From the NCBI GenBank assembly GCA_029269845.2, contig CP149973.1, positions 1,830,001 to 1,862,000 on the forward strand: a stretch of 32,000 nucleotides of DNA, read 5' to 3'. The position numbers and the translations under genes were made by a program. Below are positions 9,010-16,327 of this stretch, piece after piece (positions within the stretch are counted from its first letter, which is position 1; every line of letters starts with the position of its first letter). The DNA is from Opitutia bacterium KCR 482 (GTDB lineage Bacteria > Verrucomicrobiota > Verrucomicrobiia > Opitutales > Intestinicryptomonadaceae). The notes beneath the pieces were generated by a model. The model made no database searches, was not told the origin of the DNA, and worked only from the letters and a program-made list of their open reading frames with translations.

Positions 9010-10797
9010 TTATTTTTCGGGCATGTCGAGCGCGATGTGCAGGTCTTTGAGCTGCTTTTCCGTCACCTGCGAGGGCGACTGCGCCATCAGGTCCTGACCC
9101 TTTTGCGTCTTGGGGAACGCGATGATGTCGCGGATACTCGGACGGTTTGTGAGGATTGTCACAAGCCTGTCGAAGCCCAGCGCGATGCCGCCGTGCGGGG
9201 GCGCGCCGAATTTGAACGCTTTGAGCATGTAGCCGAAGCGCGATTCCACGATGTCGGCGGGGATTTTCAGAACGTCCTTGAACACTTTTTCCTGAACGTC
9301 GGGCTGGTGGATTCTTATCGAGCCGCCGCCGAGTTCCGTGCCGTTGAGTACGATGTCGTAGTGCTGCCCGCGCACGCGGAGCGGGTCGGTGTCGAGGTAC
9401 TTGACGTCTTCGGGCACGGGCGACGTGAACGGGTGGTGCGCCGAAACGTATCTGCCCTGTTCTTCGTCCCAAAGCATGAGCGGGAATTCGATAACCCAGA
9501 GGAAGTTGAACTGCTTGGGGTCGATTTTGATTTTTCCGCGGGCTTGCAGAAGCTTGCCGCAGTCGAGGCGGACGCGTCCGAGAATGGAGCACGCCTGTTC
9601 CCACTTCGACGCCGCGAAGAACACGATGTCGCCGTCCTGAATGTCGAGCTTTTCTTTGAGCGCCTTCTGTTCGTCTTCCGAGAGGAATTTGAGAATGGGG
9701 CTTTTCCACGCGCCGTTTTCGGCCTTGATGAACGCAAGACCCTTTGCGCCGAGCGTCTTTGCCACGTCTTCGAGTCCCTTCAATTCGCCCTGCGTGATGT
9801 CGGAAAGACCCTTTGCGTTAATCGCCTTGATTACGCCGCCGTCCTTGACGACGTTTGCGAACACCTTGAACTGGCTGTCCTTGAAAACGTCGGTGAGGTC
9901 TTGCAGTTCGATTCCGAAGCGCGTGTCGGGCTTGTCCACGCCGTAGCGGTTCATGGCGTCGCTGTACTGCATGCGGGGGAAGGGCGTGGGAATGTCCATT
10001 CCGAGGGTGTCCTTCCAGATTTTTTTGAGCATGTTTTCGATAAGCGCGTACATGTCTTCGCGGTCGACGAAGCTAAGCTCGATATCGACCTGCGTAAATT
10101 CGGGCTGGCGGTCTGCGCGGAGGTCTTCGTCGCGGAAGCATTTAGCCATTTGGTAGTAGCGTTCGATGCCCGATACCATCAGCATCTGCTTGTACTGCTG
10201 GGGCGACTGGTTGAGCGCGTAGAACATGCCGGGATTTGTGCGGCTGGGCACGAGGAATTCGCGCGCGCCTTCGGGCGTGCTCTTGAAAAGAATGGGGGTT
10301 TCGACTTCGATGAAATCCTGCGAGTTGAGGTAGTCGCGGATAGCCTGTGCCGCCTTGTGGCGCATGCGCAGAAGGTTGAGGTTGCGCGGTCTGCGGAGGT
10401 CGAGATAGCGGTATTGGAGGCGGAGGTCTTCGTTGACCCTGTCGGCGTGTTCGTCGTCGAGGGGGAAGGGGAGCACGTCGCAGATGTTGTGTATTACCAT
10501 GTCGGACGCGACGACTTCGATTTCGCCCGTTTTGAGGTTCGGGTTTTTAGTGCCGTCCTCCCTGAGTTCGACTTTGCCGAAAATCTGGATTACGCTTTCG
10601 TCTTTGAGTTTCTGCGCCTTTTCGTAGACGTTCGCCGCTTCGGGGTGGAAGACGACTTGCGTTATGCCGTCGCGGTCGCGAAGGTCGATGAATAGAATGC
10701 CGCCGTGGTCGCGGACCGATTGCACCCAGCCGATGAGGGACACTTCTTTGCCCTTGTCGGCGGCGGTGAGTTCGTTGCAGGTATTTGTGCGTTTCAT
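9010..10797 (-). CDS. aspS: Aspartate--tRNA ligase
   Basis: The N-terminal OB-fold sequence (MKRTNTCNELTAADKGKEVSLIGWVQSVRDHGGILFIDLRDRDGITQVV) and class II synthetase motifs (FRDEDLRADRQPEFTQVD, GGGSIRIH, PPHGGIALGFDR) are present. I prefer the ATG at 10797 over the track start at 10845. Confidence 0.95.
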   Translation of the reverse strand: MKRTNTCNELTAADKGKEVSLIGWVQSVRDHGGILFIDLRDRDGITQVVFHPEAANVYEKAQKLKDESVIQIFGKVELREDGTKNPNLKTGEIEVVASDMVIHNICDVLPFPLDDEHADRVNEDLRLQYRYLDLRRPRNLNLLRMRHKAAQAIRDYLNSQDFIEVETPILFKSTPEGAREFLVPSRTNPGMFYALNQSPQQYKQMLMVSGIERYYQMAKCFRDEDLRADRQPEFTQVDIELSFVDREDMYALIENMLKKIWKDTLGMDIPTPFPRMQYSDAMNRYGVDKPDTRFGIELQDLTDVFKDSQFKVFANVVKDGGVIKAINAKGLSDITQGELKGLEDVAKTLGAKGLAFIKAENGAWKSPILKFLSEDEQKALKEKLDIQDGDIVFFAASKWEQACSILGRVRLDCGKLLQARGKIKIDPKQFNFLWVIEFPLMLWDEEQGRYVSAHHPFTSPVPEDVKYLDTDPLRVRGQHYDIVLNGTELGGGSIRIHQPDVQEKVFKDVLKIPADIVESRFGYMLKAFKFGAPPHGGIALGFDRLVTILTNRPSIRDIIAFPKTQKGQDLMAQSPSQVTEKQLKDLHIALDMPEK

Positions 10798-10891
10798 AGT
10801 AAAAAAATAAGTCTTCAAATGTCTGTTTTTTAGCCTTTTAGTCAAGGTTTTTTTGGCCGTTCGGGCGATTTTTTGAAGCTCCGTTTTTGTC

Positions 10892-10919
10892 TTGACCGCA
10901 GGCTTCGCCGTGTTATGGT
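10892..10919 (+). promoter_or_regulatory. Candidate promoter of the BNR/Asp-box gene
   Basis: TTGACC (10892-10897), a 16-nt spacer, then TATGGT (10914-10919). The -10 element ends only 7 nt before the ATG at 10927, so the mRNA would be leaderless or nearly so. Confidence 0.3.
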
Positions 10920-10926
10920 ATTGCGT

Positions 10927-12219
10927 ATGAAGTTATTATCCGCAATAGTTGCATTGCCACTGCTGGTTTGCGGAGTCGCTCTTTGCGCCGCCGATTTCGA
11001 TTCGAAAACAATCGGAAAATATCCGAAATGGTCCGAAAAAAAGGCGCAATGGCGGGCGCAGTCTCAGTCGATAAAGACGGTAGATTTCGTCGGCAAGACC
11101 GAAAAAATCGTGGTGTCGGCGGGGAAGTCGGGCGCGGAATTCAGGGACGAACGCGAAGGTTTTTACAACGCGCATCCCACTGCTCTAAAACTCGAAGACG
11201 GCGGCATTTTGTGCGTCTGGAACGTCGGACACGGCGGCAATGCAGGTCCGGTTGCCCGAAGCGACGACGGCGGAAAGACTTGGACGCGCATCGACAAAAT
11301 CATGCCGGACTGCTACCGCGTCATGCGCAACTGTCCGAGCATCTATTCCGTGCGCGATCTAAACGGCAAACGCTTCATACAGATTCTCTCGGGGAAGACG
11401 CGCCACTTGAAGGGCAAGTTCGCGCCCTCGGAAGAGTTTTACAAGGGATATATGCCGCGCGTATACAGCGAGGACAACGGAAAAACTTGGCGCAAACTGC
11501 CGCCGCTTTCGCCGAGCAATCCCGACGAGCTGTTTGCCTGCCTTATGGCGTTTACTTCGATGGTCGAGCTCAAGGACGGTTCGACGATGGCGTTTTTCCA
11601 CAAGGGCGACGCGAAGAACGCCGACAGGGAATTGCGCGTGTTCACGTCGATTACAAAAGACGGCGGCTTTACTTGGTCCAATCCCGTAAAGCTTGTCGCG
11701 CCCGAGGATATCGGCGGGCTTTGGGCGTGCGAGCCCTACGCTTTCCGTTCGCCCGACGGCTCCGAAATCTGCTGCATTATGCGCGAAAACACGCGCCAAA
11801 ACGGCAACAGTTTGGTGTCGTTCAGCCGCGACGAGGGCAAAACTTGGAGCAAGCCAATCGACACTCCGTGGGCGCTTTCGGGCGACAGGCATCATGGCGT
11901 TGTTTTGCCAGACGGCCGCCTTTTCATAGCCTTCCGCGACAAAGTTCCGTGCGACCAAAAGGGCTTGCGGCTCGGCGCGTGGATAGGCTCTTACGACGAC
12001 ATTAAAAACGGGCGCGCGGGGCAATACCGCATACTGCTTTCCAAGAGCGAAAGCTTTTCCGAAACGGCAATCCGTTGCGACGGCTACTACCCGTCGGTTT
12101 TGCTGCTCGACGACGGCACGGTTGCCGTTCTGACCTACGAGAGCGTCGAGCGCGGCAAAGGCTGCTCGATTGTCTGCCACCGTTTCAAAATATCCGATAT
12201 AGAGGCTGCGGCAAAATAG
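10927..12219 (+). CDS. Secreted BNR/Asp-box repeat protein, sialidase-like (GH33-like beta-propeller)
   Basis: Four Asp-boxes are present: SDDGGKTW, SEDNGKTW, TKDGGFTW and SRDEGKTW. The ATG at 10927 gives a signal peptide (MKLLSAIVALPLLVCGVALCA); the track start at 10873 is TTG. I see no clear FRIP motif, so sialidase activity is not assured. Confidence 0.75.
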   Translation: MKLLSAIVALPLLVCGVALCAADFDSKTIGKYPKWSEKKAQWRAQSQSIKTVDFVGKTEKIVVSAGKSGAEFRDEREGFYNAHPTALKLEDGGILCVWNVGHGGNAGPVARSDDGGKTWTRIDKIMPDCYRVMRNCPSIYSVRDLNGKRFIQILSGKTRHLKGKFAPSEEFYKGYMPRVYSEDNGKTWRKLPPLSPSNPDELFACLMAFTSMVELKDGSTMAFFHKGDAKNADRELRVFTSITKDGGFTWSNPVKLVAPEDIGGLWACEPYAFRSPDGSEICCIMRENTRQNGNSLVSFSRDEGKTWSKPIDTPWALSGDRHHGVVLPDGRLFIAFRDKVPCDQKGLRLGAWIGSYDDIKNGRAGQYRILLSKSESFSETAIRCDGYYPSVLLLDDGTVAVLTYESVERGKGCSIVCHRFKISDIEAAAK

Positions 12220-12334
12220 CGGTATGAGCGCGCAAATCGGGCGCGAAAAATCGTCCGCGCGGTTTTTGCGCAGGGGAGAGGGAGATTGTTTTTTGCGCGG
12301 AATCTGGGCGGCGGTGTGGTTTCTATTCCGCCTT

Positions 12335-12877
12335 TTAGGCGTTCTTTCCTTCGCGCTTTAGGTTGAAGAATGTTCTTATCATCAGCATGCACTCGTCCTG
12401 CAAAACTCCCGATTGCACGGTGAGCCTGTGGTTTAGGGTTGGCACTTCGTGGATTTTCAGCGCACCGCCCAAAAAGCCCATTTTCTGGTCTCCGACGGCG
12501 TAGACCACGCGCGAGAGCCTCGACATAACGCACGCGCCCGAGCACATCGGGCACGGCTCTTTTGTGGCATAGAGCGTCGCGCCGTTTAGCCGCCAATCGC
12601 CGATTTTTGCAGCTGCCTGGTTTATCGCGAGAATTTCGGCGTGCGCGGTCGGGTCCTGCGACTGCTCAACCGAATTGTGCGCCTGCGCCACGACCTCTCC
12701 GCAATACTCGACCACCGCGCCGACCGGCACTTCGCCGAGCTTCCACGCCTTCAATGCCTGATTGTACGCAAGCTTCATGAAAAACTCGTCGTCGCGGTTC
12801 AGGTACGACGGAAACATAGGCTGGAAGGGGCATGGGGGGGCGGATTTTTCTGGATACTCTCTGTTTTCGGAAGCCAT
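12335..12877 (-). CDS. tadA: tRNA-specific adenosine deaminase
   Basis: CMP/dCMP deaminase zinc motifs are present: TAHAEILAI and PCPMCSGA. The start is uncertain. The longest ORF begins at GTG 12904, and in-frame ATGs lie at 12877 and 12817. The 12817 start would give a typical ~160-aa TadA. Confidence 0.85.
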   Translation of the reverse strand: MASENREYPEKSAPPCPFQPMFPSYLNRDDEFFMKLAYNQALKAWKLGEVPVGAVVEYCGEVVAQAHNSVEQSQDPTAHAEILAINQAAAKIGDWRLNGATLYATKEPCPMCSGACVMSRLSRVVYAVGDQKMGFLGGALKIHEVPTLNHRLTVQSGVLQDECMLMIRTFFNLKREGKNA

Positions 12878-12955
12878 CGGTCTTATTTTATTGTTGACTA
12901 TCACGCAAAGAGAAACAGAAATATTCTTTTTTTACAGAAAAAAATAAATTAAATA

Positions 12956-13219
12956 ATGTCAGACTGCGTAGAAGTAGAAGGTAAAGTAGTTGCGGTTCTC
13001 CCCGGAACGATGTTCAGGGTGGAAATCTCAAACGGACATCAGGTGCTCGCCCACATATCGGGCAAGCTCCGCAAAAATTTCATCAAACTGACTGTCGGCG
13101 ACAGGGTCAAAATGGAAATGACTCCGCAGGACTTGGAAAAGGCCCGCATCGTTTACAGGCTCAAAAACGCCGACGCTCCGCGTTCAGTTCCGCGCCGCAG
13201 CTTCGGCCCGCGCCGCTAA
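12956..13219 (+). CDS. infA: Translation initiation factor IF-1 with a basic C-terminal extension
   Basis: An S1-like IF-1 core (EVEGKVVAVLPGTMFRVEISNGHQVLAHISGKLRKNFIKLTVGDRVKMEMTPQDLEKARIVYRL) is followed by about 17 extra residues (KNADAPRSVPRRSFGPRR). Confidence 0.9.
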   Translation: MSDCVEVEGKVVAVLPGTMFRVEISNGHQVLAHISGKLRKNFIKLTVGDRVKMEMTPQDLEKARIVYRLKNADAPRSVPRRSFGPRR

Positions 13220-13228
13220 AACGGCGTT

Positions 13229-13247
13229 CCGCTTTTCATGAAAGCGG
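13229..13247 (+). promoter_or_regulatory. Stem-loop presenting the permease start codon in its loop
   Basis: Stem CCGCTTT (13229-13235), loop tcATG (13236-13240), stem AAAGCGG (13241-13247). The loop ATG is the permease start codon at 13238, and the hairpin sits 10 nt after the infA stop. Confidence 0.3.
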
Positions 13248-14227
13248 GGGCATTTGCGGTTTTGACGCTCGCATTCGCCGCGTTGGCGGCGGCGTCGCTC
13301 TGTTCGGGGTCGGGTGGGCTTTCGTGCGCCGACGTCCTCTCCGCGCTGTTTTTGCAGTCTTCCGACGAAACCGCAAATCTCGTAGTGTGGCAAATAAGGC
13401 TTCCGCGCCTTGCGGCGGCGCTGCTTTCGGGCGCAAGCCTTGCGCTCGCGGGGGCGGGCATGCAGAGCCTTTTCAGAAATCCGCTCGCCGACCCCTCAAT
13501 TACGGGCGTGTCGTCGGGCGCGGCGTTGGGGGCGGTCTTGGCGGTTTCGTTTTTCCCGTCGGCGTTCGGCGTCGAAATCGGCGCGTTGGCTGTGGGGCTT
13601 GCGGCGGCCGTCGCGGTCTGCGCTGTCGGACATTCAGGCTCGAAAATGTCGGCGGTCTCGACCCTCTTGGCGGGCATTGCGGTAAACGCGTTTTGCGGCG
13701 CGCTCGTCGGATTTTTCATGTACTCCGTTCGCGACGCGGGCATGAGGGGCTTCGTGTTCTGGTCGCTCGGCTCGCTCGAACGCTGCGGCTGGGAGGAGCT
13801 TGGGGTGTCGTTCGCCCTCTGCGTTCCCGCGTGGATTGCAATGCTGTGCGCGGCGCGTCCGCTAAACGTAATGCTGCTCGGCGAGGAAAACGCGTTCGAC
13901 TGCGGCGTTGACGTCTCCCGCGCCCGCTTTGCGGTAATCGCCGCCGCCGCCGTGATGACTGCCGCGAGCGTTTCCATTTGCGGAATAATCGGCTTTGTGG
14001 GTCTTGTAGTTCCGCACGTTTTGCGAATGGTTGTAGGCACCGACAACCGCTTTCTCATGCCGCTTTCGGCGTTGGGTGGCGCAACGCTGCTCGTGCTCGC
14101 CGACGTCGTTTCCCGCGCGTTTTCGCAGACCGACCCCGTTCCAATCGGCGTAATCACCGCCCTTATGGGCGCGCCGTTTTTCGCCGCGCTTTTGAGGTCG
14201 AAAGGAGTTTCGAATGCTCGCTATTGA
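13238..14227 (+). CDS. FecCD-family ABC importer permease (iron-siderophore, heme or cobalamin type)
   Basis: 329 aa and polytopic. The sequence IRLPRLAAALLSGASLALAGAGMQSLFRNPLADPSITGVSSGAALGAV is the characteristic FecCD/BtuC motif region. Confidence 0.9.
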   Translation: MKAGAFAVLTLAFAALAAASLCSGSGGLSCADVLSALFLQSSDETANLVVWQIRLPRLAAALLSGASLALAGAGMQSLFRNPLADPSITGVSSGAALGAVLAVSFFPSAFGVEIGALAVGLAAAVAVCAVGHSGSKMSAVSTLLAGIAVNAFCGALVGFFMYSVRDAGMRGFVFWSLGSLERCGWEELGVSFALCVPAWIAMLCAARPLNVMLLGEENAFDCGVDVSRARFAVIAAAAVMTAASVSICGIIGFVGLVVPHVLRMVVGTDNRFLMPLSALGGATLLVLADVVSRAFSQTDPVPIGVITALMGAPFFAALLRSKGVSNARY

Positions 14228-14978
14228 AAACGTGTCTTTTGCGTACGGACGCGGGCGCAGGGTGCTCGACGGCGTGTCGCTGCGCGTGGGCGCGGGCGAG
14301 TTTGCGGCGGTGCTCGGCGCGAACGGCGCGGGGAAAAGCTCGCTGCTGAAAATCGCAAGCGGATATGCGCGGCCCGACGTCGGGCGCGTAATGCTCGGCG
14401 GCGCGGACATCGCTGGGCTGTCGGCGCGGGAGCTTGCTCGAATGCGGGCGGTGCTCGAACAGGAGTGCCCGCTGACTTTCGAATACACGGTTGGGGAGGT
14501 CGTGGCTCTCGGCGGATACTCGCGCGGCGGGCTGTCGGGGCTTTCGGCGGACGTGTCCGAATCGCTCGAATCGGTGGGGCTTGCGGGTTTCGAAAAACGG
14601 AAATATTCGGAGCTTTCGGGCGGCGAAAAACGGCGCGTGCAGCTCGCCCGCGCGCTGTGCCAACTGGGCGAAAATCCCAAACTGCTGCTGCTCGACGAGC
14701 CTTCGGCGGGGCTTGACCCCGCGCACGCGCACGCGGCGATGTCGGCGGCGCGGGAAGTCGCGGAGCGCGGGGCGGCGGTCGTGGCGGTTCTCCACGACCC
14801 GAACCTTGCGGCGGCGTATGCCGACAAAATCGCGCTTCTTAAAGACGGCAAAATTTCGTCGTTCGGCTCGGCGGAGTCCGCCATGCGGGCGGAGCTTCTG
14901 GGCGGAGTCTACGGCGCGGACTGCGAAATAGTTTCCGACGGCATTCGGAACGTCGCGTATTTTCCGCCGAAAAAATGA
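14214..14978 (+). CDS. ABC transporter ATP-binding protein (FecE/HmuV/BtuD type)
   Basis: Walker A (GANGAGKSSLL), ABC signature (LSGGEKRRVQLARAL) and Walker B (LLLLDEPSAGLD) are present. The start overlaps the permease stop by 14 nt. Confidence 0.9.
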   Translation: MLAIENVSFAYGRGRRVLDGVSLRVGAGEFAAVLGANGAGKSSLLKIASGYARPDVGRVMLGGADIAGLSARELARMRAVLEQECPLTFEYTVGEVVALGGYSRGGLSGLSADVSESLESVGLAGFEKRKYSELSGGEKRRVQLARALCQLGENPKLLLLDEPSAGLDPAHAHAAMSAAREVAERGAAVVAVLHDPNLAAAYADKIALLKDGKISSFGSAESAMRAELLGGVYGADCEIVSDGIRNVAYFPPKK

Positions 14979-15517
14979 TTGCCGATTCCGCGCGATTGTC
15001 CGATATAAAGGGCATGTTCAGGGAAAAAGACATTCGCGATTTGACTCTAAACCCGTTCACGCAAATAGGCAGACAGTGGATGCTTGTCAGCGCGGGCGAC
15101 AAAAACGGCTTCAATACCATGACCGCAAGCTGGGGCGGACTCGGCTTCATGTGGAACAAGCCGGCGGCGTTCGTGTTCGTGCGTCCGTCGCGCTACACCT
15201 ACGAATTTATCGAAAGGAACGACATGCTCACGCTCTCGTTCTTCGACGAAAAATACCGCGACGCGCTGAAAATCTGCGGCTCGAAATCTGGCAGAGATTG
15301 CGACAAAATCGCGGAGGCGAAATTGACGCCGCATTTTACGGAGCTTGGAAACCCGACTTTCGAAGAGGCGGGCGAAGTGTTTGAGTGCCGCAAAATGTAC
15401 GCGCAAATGCTGACGGAGGATTCGTTTATAGACAAGTCGGCGGTGAAAACATGGTATCCCGACCACTCCTATCACAAGATGTACGTACTGGAAATCCTCC
15501 ACGTTTACGGCATGTGA
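14975..15517 (+). CDS. Flavin reductase-like (split beta-barrel, FMN-binding) domain protein
   Basis: NPFTQIGRQWMLVSAG and FNTMTASWGGLGFMWNKPAAFVFVRPSRYTYEFI match the flavin-reductase-like family pattern. The ATG at 14975 overlaps the ATPase stop (ATGA). An alternative start lies at ATG 15014 (MFREKD). Confidence 0.75.
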   Translation: MIADSARLSDIKGMFREKDIRDLTLNPFTQIGRQWMLVSAGDKNGFNTMTASWGGLGFMWNKPAAFVFVRPSRYTYEFIERNDMLTLSFFDEKYRDALKICGSKSGRDCDKIAEAKLTPHFTELGNPTFEEAGEVFECRKMYAQMLTEDSFIDKSAVKTWYPDHSYHKMYVLEILHVYGM

Positions 15518-15520
15518 AAG

Positions 15521-16000
15521 CACTTCCCTAAGGGCGTTTCCCTGTACGCCCAGACCGCTCGCGTACATAAGTACGCCACGCGCCCTGTGCGCACAGGAAA
15601 GCCACCCTTATGAAAGCACTTTGACATGCCTAAAAAGTGAGCGCACGGCGCGTAAGATTTTTAGAATGCGCTGGGAGAAAAGTTGGGTAGAGTGTTTCGC
15701 GTAGCCGACTTGTGTTTGCGGAAATCCGCGTACGCCACGCGCCCTGTGCCGTGCGCAAAGCCGCCCTTATACTGGCACTCTAACGCCCCTAAAATGAGCG
15801 CACGCACGAAGACGGGGCGTGAAAACGCCCCTCTAAGAGCGTTTCGCGAATGTCTCAGACTGCTCGCGTACGTTAGTACGCCACGCACCCTGAGCCACTT
15901 GCAAAGCCACTCTTATAGGGGCATTTTGACGCCCCTAAATAGTGAGCGCACGGCGCAGAAGATTTTTAAAGTGCGTTGGGATAAAAGTTTAGTTTATTGG
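15521..16000 (+). repeat. Three degenerate head-to-tail repeat units (~145-170 bp each) in ORF-free DNA
   Basis: The units span roughly 15521-15688, 15689-15831 and 15832-16000. The conserved core beginning GTACGCCACGC starts at 15571, 15730 and 15876. Units 1 and 3 align without gaps over about 128 nt at roughly 79% identity by hand count. The strand assignment is provisional and follows the downstream terminator. Confidence 0.8.
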
Positions 16001-16002
16001 TA

Positions 16003-16045
16003 AGCGGAAATTCCACGTTTTTGGATTTCCGCTTTTGCTTTTTTT
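16003..16045 (+). terminator. Strong intrinsic terminator closing the repeat region and the ABC/flavin-reductase transcription unit
   Basis: 9-bp stem AGCGGAAAT / ATTTCCGCT (16003-16011 / 16025-16033) with a 13-nt loop, followed by TTTGCTTTTTTT. Confidence 0.75.
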
Positions 16046-16048
16046 ATC

Positions 16049-16327
16049 CGCGCAAAGCGCGTCTATTTTTATTTGTTTTTTGCCGATAAGAAAATTTTCC
16101 CAGCGTAAGTAATTGGCGAAGCCAATACGAACTTATCCAGAAAAGGCGCGGTTATAGCCGCGCCGAGTTATCACAGAAAGGAACGAAGTTCCGACGACCG
16201 GCGCGGCTCGCGCCCGTGCAGGCTGTTAGCCTGCCCGAGCGGGGGGACAGGCGGGAGTTTTCGTGGTAGCGAAAACCGCCTTTTGGGGGCGGCAGCCCCC
16301 TCTGTTGGCGTTAAGGCTCCAGCCTTA
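16049..16327 (+). other. Chain of nine distinct short GC-rich stem-loops (candidate structured RNA or long 5' leader of the RodZ-like gene)
   Basis: The hairpins lie at 16049-16061 (CGCGC-aaa-GCGCG), 16112-16126 (ATTGGC-gaa-GCCAAT), 16145-16164 (GGCGCGG-ttatag-CCGCGCC) and 16180-16192 (GGAAC-gaa-GTTCC). Further hairpins lie at 16200-16214 (GGCGCG-gct-CGCGCC), 16218-16234 (GCAGGCT-gtt-AGCCTGC) and 16250-16280 (11 bp with a 3-nt bulge). The last two lie at 16285-16300 (GGGGGC-ggca-GCCCCC) and 16312-16327 (TAAGGCT-cc-AGCCTTA). No ORF of 60 aa or more lies in this stretch. Confidence 0.4.

Noticed and set aside
13220-13237. A cobalamin riboswitch or Fur box expected upstream of the FecCD-type transporter.
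   Set aside because: Only 18 nt separate infA from the permease, so there is no room for a riboswitch. I saw no B12-box or Fur-box-like palindrome.
15745-15765. GCGCAAAGCC strings in the repeats resemble the GACGCAAAGCC core of the c-di-GMP-I (GEMM-I) riboswitch.
   Set aside because: The partner GGCAAACC element and the two-hairpin tetraloop/receptor architecture are missing. The region follows a stop codon instead of preceding a gene.
15661-16003. ORFs 15683-16003(+) of 106 aa and 15661-15888(-) of 75 aa inside the tandem-repeat region.
   Set aside because: The DNA repeat spacings (159 and 146 nt) are not multiples of three, so the repeated units are read in different frames. The translations have no coding-like composition or motifs, so I treat the region as non-coding.
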